A stretch of DNA of 64,000 bases from Macrostomum lignano (GCA_002269645.1 NIVC01003654.1:21217-85216), one strand, 5' to 3'. Counted from the stretch's first letter, positions 22,421 through 52,982 are shown. Notes: generated by a model from the sequence alone, not told the origin. A program made the numbers and translations.

Positions 22421-23525
22421 CCTCGTACGTCTGCGTTGAGTGATGCGCTGGCCAGCTCGGGGTCGATGCGCAGGTATTTGAGGGTTGTGCATGTTCACGC
22501 TGGTGAAGGGCACCCCAGTCGCTTCGAGGACAAGTAGTTGACGCTGAGAGATCGCCGATTCAGCATCAGAGAGTGAGCCTTGATGGTGTAGAACCTCTTG
22601 AAATGCTCGGGCAGAAACATAATATTCTCGTGGTGGTGCAATTTTTCGGTTGGGAATGCAGTTAACCAACAACAAAAGCACAGAATATTCTGAGAGCTAG
22701 TAGTCTTTGCAGCTATTAAAACAATATTAAGGGAATCAAAAATATTGCACACAGTTCCATTGATTGAGTCAGTACTAAGGACCGTGGTAGCTTGTGGGAA
22801 TTTTTTCGCGTCGTAATAGATCCGACGATCGTTTGAGCGTTATAATACTGCATGAGGGTGGGAGAATTAGTTACACGCATTTTATGAAACCGAATTGCGT
22901 GCTCGTTGCTAGATTGAAAAAAACAGGGAGGGTTTGCACCCTAGATTGGAACACGGGTGGTGTTTTCCCATGGAGGTCCGTTTGTAGAAAAATATCGGGG
23001 AGGGACGTTTTATTAGTGTTCGGCGTGGAGTGGTTGGTTCACAGCGTGGCGTTATCCAAATATACTAAATCCATATGCTATGTGCCGATAACAGAAATGT
23101 TGCAACCACCCCACATATTTTGAATTTCGTATCAAGGGGAGAGGCCATTGAGTTCGAGGGGAAAACTTGTGCTTCTCGCTTGCTCGATAGCTTATGCATG
23201 ACATTGGCCCATGCCCAGGACAGTGCGTGACTGGAGCATTGGAAATTGCAGCCGGACTATTTTGAGGAGCTTTCACGCAGTTTTGCCTTTATTGAATACG
23301 GGAGCGAACGGCTGCGGCGAGTGGCGCGCCATATGTTGCCTGGTAAGTAGTTTTTTACCTACTCTATCTCTGTATTGTACCATATTTTAGCAATAGAGTA
23401 CTAGAGCATCATATGGCAACTTCAGTAAACAATAGACGAGACGTCCGTCCGGTCGGAGCGATTCCGTCGACTATGCAGGGGCGATACGATCCTAACTATG
23501 GTAACAATGGGCGCGAATGTTAGTG

Positions 23526-23615
23526 CTCCTACGACATTGGTATGTAAAAGACATTCTCCTACGACATTGGTATGCAAAAGACATTCTCCTACGACATTGG
23601 TATGTAAAATACATT
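23526..23615. repeat. 30-bp tandem repeat x3 (CTCCTACGACATTGGTATGTAAAAGACATT)
   Basis: Three near-identical copies. Confidence 0.9.
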
Positions 23616-25074
23616 CAGCGTTATATTACGAGTACTTAGTGGTATTTTAACTTAATATACTACTTATCTAATGGTAGGATTACATCAGCGCAAGGATGGC
23701 CTTGGACGAGTTAAGAGGGAAGCGGCCCGAGATTCGGAATCGTGAAGCGGGTTATGAGATAAGATACTTTTTAGTTAGTAGTCACTAATCTATTATTTAA
23801 CGGGTGTATTGTGCCTTTTAGCAACTGTCCATGGATGACAGGCTATGGTGCTACAAAATGAATGGGCCTCCAAAGTTGTCGCACGAACGCATGACTCGCT
23901 GCCGGAAGTAGAGGCCCGTCGAAGGGAGGTAAGACAAAATATTCATGCTTTTCTTGTCGCAGAATGCACTAATTAATCATGGAAGCCCGATTCTCCTTTT
24001 AGGCCCAGGCTGCATGGGTGAGTGAGGAGGTACTTTTTTGTGAGGGTAAAATTTATGCTGTCTGTATGAAAATTAAATTATTTGTCTGATCTTTCTTGAA
24101 ATCTTAGGAGCGCGAGAGGCTGTTGTTCGCGGGATTTGTAACGAGGTGCTGATACAGCGTTAATATATTTAGTGTGAAACAAGTCTATTAATGTAGACCA
24201 GCTTTACTATATGCTGCCACACATTCCAGGCTGCGGGTGTTCCGTCCGGCGATCGGAATCCGGTACAGCCTATGACGGTCAGTGATACTTGCAAAATTAA
24301 GAAAATAAAGGCTAAAATCTTATTTGAAATTCGTGTTACAACAAAAGTTATTAATGCAACCAATTTCAAATTCCGTGTCCGCCATTCGGTCGCGGAAATC
24401 CTCGCGGATAGTGATAGATACATTTCATAATCCTTGGTTTCAGGATGCGGGCCTGTCCAAGCCATTCCGCTCGAGGGGTTGAGTAGTCTTGAGCATACCT
24501 TTTGTTGGTACATTGCGGGCAAAGTTAGAGGAGGCTACTACTTTGGGGCAGGTTCGTTACAGACTGAGGTCTATCTATATACTTGTAAATACATGATTGT
24601 GTGTAACTTTGGTTTAGTGCAGGGTTGTTCGTATGTGCTTGTTTATTCTTTTAGTTTTGTGTGCAGTATAATCCTTAATCCGTTAGTTCCGAGTCGTTTG
24701 TTCATTGCAATGGTTTGCTAGCGGGGGACTGTGTCTCATTATCGGAAAATGACTCGTTTGTTAAGGAATGGAGAGGAGACGGTGATACATTCGGGATTTG
24801 AGTTTGCGGTGGTGTGGTTTTTTCTGCGGTATGTTTGACAGCTTAATTGTATGGGTATACGTGTAACTATGCTATAAATTCCCTCTCATATCGACTTTCC
24901 AAGGATCGAAATGCAAGTAACTTGCTTAGGGACTACGATGCCAGCTGGCCGGGAGGGAGGGGGGAGGGCGGCAGACCGCAGGCGGAACCGCGGTGACTAC
25001 GTTCGCTGTGCCAACTCCTGTCGGCCCACGGGGGGCGCTCAGGGGTATTTCTAGTATGACTTAATCAAGTGTTT

Positions 25075-25295
25075 AGCTTTTATTTTTACTTATTGTATTA
25101 CGGTAAATTTTATTAGTGAATTCTATTTGTGTTTGCTCACTCGTTGTTGTTGTGACTTTTTTCGCCGTCTACTTTTCTACATGTTAACATAGTACGGTAA
25201 ATTTATTAATGAATGCTTTTTATATAATGAATTTGGTTACTTCGTTGTTTTGTCTTCTTTCGCCGTCTACTTTTTGCATGTTACCATCTACTGTA
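25075..25295. repeat. Imperfect ~110-bp tandem duplication
   Basis: tacggtaaatt(t)tatta...ttcgccgtctactttt..catgtta occurs twice in tandem. Confidence 0.7.
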
Positions 25296-25859
25296 AACTT
25301 GCTTGCGCGCTATTATTTCTACGTGTAAAAATACATGTACAGTACATTGGCCTAGCCGTATTCGTTATTAAAATGTGCGGAGTTATGAGTTATGCCTCAA
25401 TTATTCTACATGTACTGGGGGGGGGGGTAAATGGCGCGATAACGGAGAATTGAGCTTTAAGTTAAATATTAATTTACTGGAAGTGGCATAAGCTGCATAC
25501 GGCATACGCACCTCCTGCCACCCGACCTGACGAGGCTCAAGAATTATTTGAGCAGCTCTCGGTACAGGTGAAGGTAACGGCGCAGCGCGACACAGCGATA
25601 ATCCTCGTAGACCCGAATGCGGTTTTGCATAGGTCCGAGCGGTCGCAAAGTGCAGGCTCGCAACTTTTTTGGGTTGCAAGCGCAGGCGGCGGAACGCGCG
25701 TGGCCGGAACGCAACACGGAGGCAGGCACTTTTTTTATTAGAGGCAGGGGGTTGTGTGCACCCTGGCGCACTTTAAGCGACATGGCGCACAATCGGCGAG
25801 AGGCATTGCTGCCCATTCCGCCGACTCCCCTGAGCAGGCACACAAGCGCGCGGATACGT

Positions 25860-26084
25860 ACGCAGGCACACACACACAGGAGTGTACAGCGGCCCTAACT
25901 TTATATTATCGTTAGGCATGTACACTTCACTGCGCCTTGGGGGGTTGGCTCTCAAAGCCGTTAATTGCACGAGCAGAGCCAAGCCGAGATTCCAATTCAG
26001 CCCCAAATTAATGTGACTGCTGGAATCGAGCCTGGGTCGCTGGCACACCAGAGCCTGCGCTAGACCGCTGGGCTACGGCCCCCC
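25860..26084 (-). mobile_element. tRNA-derived SINE (putative)
   Basis: The 5' head GGGGCCGTAGCCCAGCGGTCTAGCGC...CCAGGCTCGATTCC has an A-box (TAGCCCAGCGG) and a B-box (GGCTCGATTCC) at tRNA spacing but no acceptor-stem closure. A body follows that ends in a (GT)-rich tail. Confidence 0.6.
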
Positions 26085-26335
26085 TTAGGAGGCAGGCACA
26101 GCTCGATCATGTGCTGGTGCGCTTCTGCGAGCGCCGCCACGTCGTCAATTGCCGCGCCATCACGCCGCTGGCTCTTCGGTCCCATCATCGACTCCTCGTC
26201 TGCGACCTTCGTCTTCGCGATCCGCTCTACCATCCGCCGAAGCAGCCACCGCGGCGCTATCACCACGCGCTCAAGGACGCCAACGCGCACAGCCGCTTTG
26301 CTAGCGCTTTCAGCACTGCGCCCGGCGGCAAGCGT
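26085..26335 (+). mobile_element. Non-LTR retrotransposon (LINE) apurinic endonuclease C-terminal fragment
   Basis: RRQAQLDHVLVRFCERRHVVNCRAITPLALRSHHRLLVCDLRLR matches the APE-domain motifs LDH(V/I)L...SDH..(L/V), with SDH changed to SHH. Confidence 0.75.
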
Positions 26336-26399
26336 GGAGGTGTTGCATAATATTGTTCAGTGTGATGCGACAAGTTACAAGCTGAATAGTGACAAGCTG

Positions 26400-26751
26400 C
26401 AAGTGTGTGTGATTTTCGTTGCACACACGCACTTGCAGTTCACTGTGGATTTGTGAACTCCATGCGAATCACCAATAGCCGAAAAAGTTGCTCCAGTAGC
26501 AGATAGCGTAGAGCGACCCTAATCTGCTGTTATGGACTCAGAGCAAAATTGCACCCAGTCGGGTGCTGCAGACGCTCGCCAATCAGATGACACAGTTCGT
26601 CGACATGTTCCTCTCGCAAGCAAAACCTCGATTGATGATCATTGTAGTCAATATAAAATTCGAAATCTATGCTTTCGTTGAATGTTCGGGGACGCTTAAT
26701 TGGCTCCTCCGACGAAATCTTCTGAATCTGACTCGTACGCTCGTAGAACAT
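26400..26751 (-). pseudogene. PIF/Harbinger transposase N-terminal fragment
   Basis: FCLREEHVDELCHLIGERLQHPTGCNFALSP*QQIRVALRYL(fs)ATGATFSAIGDSHGVHKSTV matches the HARBI1-type HTH region (ALSPE..L..ALRF.ATG....IGD..GV.KSTV). One stop and one frameshift; the DDE core is absent. Confidence 0.8.
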
Positions 26752-26896
26752 TTTCGCTCAATGGATGTGATATGCTTTTCAACCGATTACAGGCTTGAAT
26801 AGCTCGTGGTTCACTACTCAACTTATCACACTCGAATTTACTATGACACTAGTCAACATTAGATTCTATTCAACAAACCGCTTGTAGCGCGACTAT

Positions 26897-27130
26897 TCAC
26901 TATTCACTTGTAGCTTGTCGCCTACTTGTAACTAGTCAAGTCTCTATGCAACACAAGTCACCATTCACTATTCACTTGTAGCTTGTCGCCTACTTGTACG
27001 AGCGTAACTAGTCAAGTCTCTATGCAACACAAGTCACCATTCACTATTCACTTGTAGCTTGTCGCCTACTTGTAACTAGTCAAGTCTCTATGCAACACAA
27101 GTCACCATTCACTATTCACTTGTAGCTTGT
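26897..27130. repeat. 68-bp tandem repeat, about 3.3 copies
   Basis: Unit CACTATTCACTTGTAGCTTGTCGCCTACTTGTAACTAGTCAAGTCTCTATGCAACACAAGTCACCATT; the second copy carries an 8-bp insertion. Confidence 0.9.
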
Positions 27131-28942
27131 AAAATATATGAAACGCCACCCTGAAGTGACACTCAAAAGAATTCCCATAGATTTTTGAGACTTAACTTGT
27201 ACACATTTAGCACAAGAAAGCCTTTTTGTTCGCTTCGCGTGTAAAACTCTAAACGCTTTTGCACTCGGGATCTTGGCCATTAACTTAAAATCCCGCTTCA
27301 TGTTAGCCTTCCTTCCATTATCGGCGGAATTCAAGGGATTTATGTATCAGATTAAACATGCCTTTTGAGGGATTTATGAAAATAACTCCCGAAAAAGGTA
27401 TGTGTAATCTCGTATAAACCATAGACATTAAGACTTTACGGGATTTTATTGAATATTACCAAATAAAATCCCGGAGAACGCAAATATTGTCACAGAAAGT
27501 CTTTATTTCTATGGATTATCTTAAGTTATGCGTTAAACGCATTTTACGTTATGGAAGACTTCAGCCGTCATAAATTCTCTGGAAAATTGAAGCCCAGCTA
27601 TATTGCAAATATATACATGTACGCTCGTAAATCAAAACTTTAAATACACACCTATAAATAATTTCAACACAAAAAGACTTTTGAAATTTGCTAAGCAACT
27701 GTGACCAGCTAGTGCAGTATGACTTCTCTCATTTTTTTACTTTAGTTCATCGGTTTCCAAACTTCAAACTTTCGGCCAGCTGAAAATTCCAGCTGTTAAG
27801 TTGGTGCAAAAAAGTTTGCTGTAGGAATTCGCCGAATATGGCAATTTATGACGCATTACCGTCTTCAGTTCTTTTCTTCGCAGATCAACAATTTTACGCC
27901 CGTAACATTACAAGTAAATTTTTGAAAATTCAGCACAAAGCATTCTCTGCCTTTCTCTCGCACTAGCTGGGAGCTTCGCCACTTTCCACTGCGTACGAGT
28001 TGTGCAGGGATGCGGTCTTGAAAAGTACATTGGGAAAATACACCAGAATTGGAGAAATTCTAGCCATGCAGGGAATTGGGAGAACAGATCCTACTGGGAC
28101 TCCATCAGTGGGGTGCGCATGCGACCCGTGCGCAGACGGCGCCAACGGGGGCCGTTTTTTTTGCATTGGAAAATGCAGCTCCAAGTCAACTATAAAGGGA
28201 TTTTTGCAATGGGAGAATGGGAAGAGGAAAAAATTAGCAACTCCCACTCAAAGCCCCGCAAAGGCGGGGAGGAGGCTCCCGGCGGTCCCCAGGGCACTCA
28301 TATTTCTTCTGCATTTCCTGCGCCGCCCGCCGCCACAAAGTCCTCCATCGGAGGCCGGGCCCGCCCATGCAGTGTGCCAGGGGCTGGCACTGAATCTCAG
28401 CCAATCGTTGGCTCACCTGGTTGCTCATAACCCCCCCCCACGGCTTTATTGGCAGATTTTCTCTGTTTCTACATGAATGATTTGCATTTGCTGACGCATC
28501 CTCTGGGCCAGTTTGGAGTGAAGAAACGAGTGCACCCATTCTCTCCCCCCTCTATCTGGTTTCTCTTCTTCTTCAGCCATAAGTTTTCCCGTTTTTCCTG
28601 TTAAGCGGCTCTCACACCTCCACCAATAGCGCCAGCATTTCCCCAACTGCCCATGCCTACTCATAACGGGATCGTAGTGAGTGTGTCTGTGCGCTGAGCA
28701 GGGAGCCCTGAGTTGCCCCCAGCAACCGCTTTGATGATGGCAGACCGGTAGGGGGGGGGCGAATCCGGTGCTGCGCGCGCTACGGGAACAAAATGCATGC
28801 TAAAATTGACCGGCAACATGACTTTCGACAACAATAGGAGGGAGAGCTTGGGCAAAGCTGACCCGCTACGGTTCCGTGAGAGTCAGGTGCTCAGGCTTTA
28901 CCTTCACCTTCTGGCCAGCTCTTTCTTGTTCGAACTCACAGC

Positions 28943-47527
<18,585 letters not shown>

Positions 47528-48099
47528 ATCTCCAACCGAAAAGGATGTCTGCGCATTGCTGATTTAATCAAGGATGGGGCGCGGCTGCGACTGCTTTTTT
47601 CCTTCCTGCTTTTGGATCTTCCTAAATTAGACATTATATTGTAGAAAACACTTGTCAGAGTTTAATAATATTTTTTCAGTCATTTACTTTGGATTGATGA
47701 AAGTCTTATTAGATTACAAGGATAGACAACATATGAGTTCAAGCTCTTTCTTCTCCTCCCTGTTTTTAAGGCGTCATATTGCTGCGCTGTTCTGATTCCC
47801 ATATCTGCTGGCGGGACAAAATTCCCATCTCGCTGCGCTCCCAGCATTCAAAAGCATGGCGCTCGAGCTGTCTCCCAAATACCGTGTGTATTTTTTTCAA
47901 TCTGAGGAAATTAAATAGCTTAATCCGCTTTTCCTGTTTGAAGTGCCTGAAAGAATTCCGCTGTCCCTATAATATAGGGCACTCGCACATGTATTGTAAA
48001 ATATATACGGACAGAAACTCGTACAGCGCTTCTCTGTGGTAGAATAACTTTTCTGTTCGAAAAAATAAAGTGTGAATTTGACAGTACATTGACAACGAA

Positions 48100-49275
48100 C
48101 GGGACAAGATGGACAGTGGACAGAAAAATGCACAGACAGTGTACAGGACAGTGGACAGAACGGGATACAGTGGACAGGACAAGACACAGTGGACAGGACA
48201 AGATACAGTGGACAGGACAGGATACAGTGGACAGGACAAGACACAGTGGAAAGGACAAGACACAACCAGTGGACAGGACAAGACACAGACAGTGGACAGG
48301 ACAAGACAAAACCAGTGGACAGGACAAGACACAGACAGTGGACAGGACAAGACACAGACAGTGGACAGGACAAGACACAGACAGTGGACAGGGCAAGACA
48401 CAACCAGTGGACAGGACAAGACACAGACAGTGGAAAGGACAAGACAAAGACAGTGGACAGGGCAAGACACAGACAGTGGACAGGGCAAGACACAGACAGT
48501 GGATAGGACAAGACACAGACAGGAAACAGGACAAGACACAGACAGGGGACAGGGCAAGACACAGACAGGGGACAGGACAAGACACAACCAGTGGACAGGA
48601 CAAGACACAGACAGGAAACAGGACAAGACACAGTGGACAGGACAAGACACAGTGGACAGGACAAGACACAGACAGGAAACAGGACAAGACACAGTGGACA
48701 GGACAAGACACAGTGGACAGGACAAGACACAGTGGACAGGACAAGACACAGTGGACAGGACAAGACACAGTGGACAGGACAAGACACAGTGGACAGGACA
48801 AGACACAGTGGACAGGACAAGACACAGACAGGAAACAGGACAAGAAACAGTGGACAGGACAAGACACAGACAGGAAACAGGACAAGAAACAGTGGACAGG
48901 ACAAGACACAGACAGGAAACAGGACAAGACACAGTGGACAGGGCAAGACACGGACAGTGGACAGGACAAGACACGGACAGTGGACAGGACAAGACACACA
49001 CAGTGGACAGGACAAGACACACAGTGGACAGGACAAGACACAGACAGGAAACAGGACAAGACACAGTGGACAGGACAAGACACAGTGGACAGGACAAGAC
49101 ACAGACAGGAAACAGGACAAGACACAGACAGAAAACAGGACAAGACACAGACAGGAAACAGGACAAGACACAGTGGACAGGACAAGACACAGACAGGAAA
49201 CAGGACAAGACACAGTGGACAGGACAAGACACAGACAGTGGACAGGACAAGACACAGACAGGAAACAGGACAAGA
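48100..49275. repeat. Purine-rich compound minisatellite (CAGTGGACAGGACAAGACACAGA-type units)
   Basis: Shuffled short subunits; explains the six 400-aa ORFs at 47897-49427. Confidence 0.95.
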
Positions 49276-51794
49276 GGGAGATATACCCGAGCAGCACAAG
49301 AATATCAAGGACAGGCAATGAGATAAAACGGAATCGATATCAGAGCAGTCCCCAAGAGACTGATCAGTTGGCTAAGAGAGACAAAGTCCACGCCAATCTG
49401 AAGTCCGAATCTCCTACGGCCTCTTAGACAGACGGGCCTCTGAAACTCGAATAGTCGAGTTGAACACGGGAGCAAAAGCCAGTGTCAGACAATCGCTTCA
49501 GTGTCTCGTCAAACGATTGCCTCAATCAATGGGATTCTGTGCCTAACAGCCCTCTCGTTTCCAGCAGCTCTCCTTTGGCCAGGCCGCATGCCAGAAGAGA
49601 TTTTCTGCACGCCTCTCCTTTGCCTGAAAATCGATGTTTCCGTAAAAGCTCAAAATGGCTCAGTCTCCGTGTCTTGTCTCGCTTGTATGCTTGTTTTGCC
49701 CAAATATGAGACGATGTCTCAGCAAATTCCATCTGTGCTGCATCCCGCTACCCTTCTCCTGTCTATCAGCAGTCGCAGCCACCGATTATTGCAGAAGCTT
49801 CCCAGCCTCAGAGCTCTTTTTGCTGATGGAGCTGCAACATGACCAATTTAAACACCTGCAGGTTCCGCTGCAGAACTGCCCGATCCGTGGTATACGGAAA
49901 TGCGGAAAATGTGGCCCCAAACAGAGTTCTTCTCGCAGCAGAGTTCTATTTTAGGATTTTGCCTGAGGCTACTTTACGGCTGAAATTTTATAGACTCCAA
50001 TATTTTTGCTCAATGGGTGCGCTGGCGTCCCCTGCGGATGCGATAAAAATCTGTCTGGGATCTCAAATGCAGCACAAAGGAGCACTGAGCACTCCTTGCG
50101 CTGAGCACTCTGAGGCTGCGGACTAATCTTCTGCCTGAGACTTGAGCATAGGCTGATCAGGTTCTGCAGCAGTCATCTGGCCCGTGCGCTCTTTATTTAT
50201 CATCCAGACGTTCAATTTCTAAATTAAATACTTCGTTTTAATGTTTTTAGACCTAAAATTGCACTTAACGAACTTGAAAATTGACTGACACTCGGAATGC
50301 AATTATGAGAAATGATTTGGAAAGACTGCCGAACAACTGAAGAAGGTGAGCAGGAAAAACAAGGCATTGAAAAACAGCTATTAAGTAGGCGGATAATTTA
50401 TAATCATAAAAGGAGATGCGATGACAGATTGACCGCATGAATGAAATCTGAACGAACTCAATAATTAGGCAGCAGAACAGGCACCCTGTAATCTCATCAG
50501 CCAGAACAATGGTAATGAGAAAAGATTGTTCATCGTTAGCTTGGCTAATTGCAATGAGTGGTTGACAGCCCTCGCTTTTTGTTGAAAGTCAAAAGATCAA
50601 AGAGAGCACCGTAGCTGGAGTACAAATAAATCAACTGGATAAAACTTACCCCCAGTTCTGACTGATTGCTGTTGCTGTTGCTGTTGGGCCCTAGGACGAT
50701 GCAACATTCACTACTCTCACTACTCACTACTCAATTATTTGGGATGATTTCAAGGTGATCGGAACAAACGCTTGGCTGAACCGAAGGTCCCCGCGTGCGG
50801 TGGGAGATAATTGGAGCTTTACTGAGCATACTGACCCGTGTTGGTGCGCAAGTCTTCGGTAGACAAGCAGTCATTGCGGGCCCGAACCTCCTGAGGCCTC
50901 AGCAGCCTGTTCTCTATTAGAGAAACATGTGCACAAACCCCAAAATGACACCGCTAGGAATTTGAGGCGGTAACGAGGGACTAATTTGAACCAGGACTGG
51001 CGACTTTTTCAAGCCAAGAAAAGTTATTCGGGTCAGGTGGAGCAGCCGCAGGAAAGTACTTATATTAGCTGAATCGAAATCAATTTTAGCTATTTTATTA
51101 CTCACATGCAGCAGGCCAGACTGCTTCCCAAGCTGTGAGATTCTTTTATCCCTTTGTCTAACTCCGCTAACTTTATTACAGTGAACTCTCTTAGCACTAT
51201 TCAGCGAGTCTAGGATAGGTTTCTGAGATCCCTACCAGCTGCTGCACAGACTCGTAATTAGGCCTTTGTAGTGCCGCCCGGGACCAGGATTCCACTGCTC
51301 CTGTCTGTTTATCCAGCAGACTTCGCTGTGATACCTCTATAGCGTACTAATTGAATGCATTAGGAGCCAACGCCAGTTTCCTACGGAGAGATCCTTATTA
51401 CCAAGCCATGCCCTGCTCAGCTCAGACACGCGGCACACAAATGAGCAGAAATGAAAGAGAATAAGAACCGGGAAGCAAATATGAAGTAAAGCAATTTTCT
51501 GCGTCGCCGTAGGGCAAGTGCTGATAAGTTATATTTCCGAGTATATACTGCATCTGTTGGTCCGCAGACTGTGCAGTAGAATGAGATTGTGCGCAAAGTA
51601 TTTGCAGTCTGCGCAAAACAAATAGTTACACCAGCCTACTTGCATTATATAGCAAATTCTACACAACATTGGTTACCATGCATATCAGACAGAAGACACC
51701 GAGCTCGCATGACTATATTTTGCAAAGGATAGCTACAACAGCGATACTTCAGTTTGCACTGATCATCAGTTCAGTGTCGGCAGGATCCAAACGG

Positions 51795-52982
51795 TCACTG
51801 CTCCAAGACTTCAACAATTGCAGCTTTAAAATCTGACTGCAGCGAAGGGGGCAGCGGCTTCGTCTGAGCCGGCTGCAGAGGCGGCCGTTGCTGCAGCGGG
51901 GCGCTGGGCCGATGCAGTGTCCGTCCGGTGGATCGGCAGAAGGCGGCCCCGCCGCTGCCGCCCGAGTCCACGCCGCGCTGAAAGATCTGGCAGAAATTCT
52001 TGCGAAAATTCTCCGAGCTGAAAAAGTACACGAACCCGTTGATGCCGTTGTTTAGCGAGGCGAGCATTACGAACAGCAGGCCGGCTGTGTAGGCCTGTTC
52101 GCGCATGTTGGATTTCCAACTGTACGTTGCCTCAAGAATCTCAAAGACGCACTGCGGCATGGTGAGCAGGATGTGTATGATGCACACGGGCACCAGGAGG
52201 CGATTCACGTGCGTGCCCGTGGTGGTCGCGGCTGAAGGTCGCGTTGAAGCGCTGCTGCTTTTGTGGCAGAGCGACCTGCGCTGCTGCAGGTTCTGAGCTT
52301 GATGGTGGCATCCGCTGGATATCGACATCTGCTGCCGGCGCCGGTTGGCTCTGGCGATGATGCGGATGAGTGTCACGTTGAAGACGGTCAGCAGCAGGAA
52401 GGGCAGCAGGCTGTACAAGCTCAGCGTCGTGATGAAGAACGCGAGGCGGAATTTCTTATCGTTGCTGTCGCACCTGTCCACTCTGATACCGTCGTTGTAG
52501 CGAATAACGCTCAGCTTGAATATGATGACCACGTTCTTGGCGAGCAGGATCAGCATTGAGCAGGACCACACCGCCAGCTTGAGTCTTCGGCGGTAGTACA
52601 GACTGGACTTGTGCGGCCATTTGGCGAACAAGAACCGTTCAAGAGTCATCAGCACGAGTATCCAAGTAGCCGCCTCCTTGAGGAAGTAGGTGAGGAAGGT
52701 GTGCACAACGCAGAGAAAATCGCTCTCAAGCCTGATGTCCCGCTTCGACTGGGTGGCCAGCATGATGAAGTAGCGGATGGGGTTCACCAGCAGCACGCAG
52801 GTGTCGGCCACCGCCAGCAGGGTGAAGACATCGCGGGACTTGGACATGCTTCGAGTTCGCCGCATCACAACAATGACCATTATGTTGGACAGGCAGCCTA
52901 TCAGCATCAGAGTGGGATAGTAGGCCATGCCGAACACTCGAATTTGCCACGGCAGGCTCCCATTCGCGCTCGAATTGCTCAT
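51795..52982 (-). CDS. Class A (rhodopsin-like) GPCR, peptide/FMRFamide-receptor-like orphan, 395 aa
   Basis: Seven hydrophobic segments. TM1 IGCLSNIMV; TM2 LAVAD; extracellular Cys (DFLC, DRCD); TM3 LTLERF-type motif (MTLERF); TM5 LLPF; TM6 MPQ; TM7 NNGINGFVY; helix 8 SENFRKNF. N-terminal sequons NSS and NGS. Acceptor ctgcag| ~25 nt upstream of the ATG. Confidence 0.92.
   Translation of the reverse strand: MSNSSANGSLPWQIRVFGMAYYPTLMLIGCLSNIMVIVVMRRTRSMSKSRDVFTLLAVADTCVLLVNPIRYFIMLATQSKRDIRLESDFLCVVHTFLTYFLKEAATWILVLMTLERFLFAKWPHKSSLYYRRRLKLAVWSCSMLILLAKNVVIIFKLSVIRYNDGIRVDRCDSNDKKFRLAFFITTLSLYSLLPFLLLTVFNVTLIRIIARANRRRQQMSISSGCHHQAQNLQQRRSLCHKSSSASTRPSAATTTGTHVNRLLVPVCIIHILLTMPQCVFEILEATYSWKSNMREQAYTAGLLFVMLASLNNGINGFVYFFSSENFRKNFCQIFQRGVDSGGSGGAAFCRSTGRTLHRPSAPLQQRPPLQPAQTKPLPPSLQSDFKAAIVEVLEQ

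Larger units (their letters stand above)
19489..22760 (-). mobile_element. Relic of an endogenous Polinton/Maverick-like element (polinton-like virus)
   Basis: Intronless pPolB and dUTPase lie tandem on one strand and are similarly decayed. Termini/TIRs were not found; the element may extend toward ~25.8 kb. Confidence 0.75.

Noticed and set aside
23055-23090. Polinton integrase start (T*HMDLV, resembling WQxDL)
   Set aside because: The downstream sequence shows no integrase motifs in any frame; probably chance.
17800-25860. Terminal inverted repeats bounding the polinton-like relic
   Set aside because: By-eye comparison of the flanks found no inverted match or AG-rich termini; the boundaries remain undefined.
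26010-26084. Functional tRNA gene
   Set aside because: A and B boxes are present but the acceptor stem cannot close; treated as a SINE head.
47897-49427. Six 280-470-aa ORFs (Cys-rich or GQD-rich)
   Set aside because: They lie wholly within a purine-rich minisatellite open in all frames; the periodic translation is a repeat artefact.
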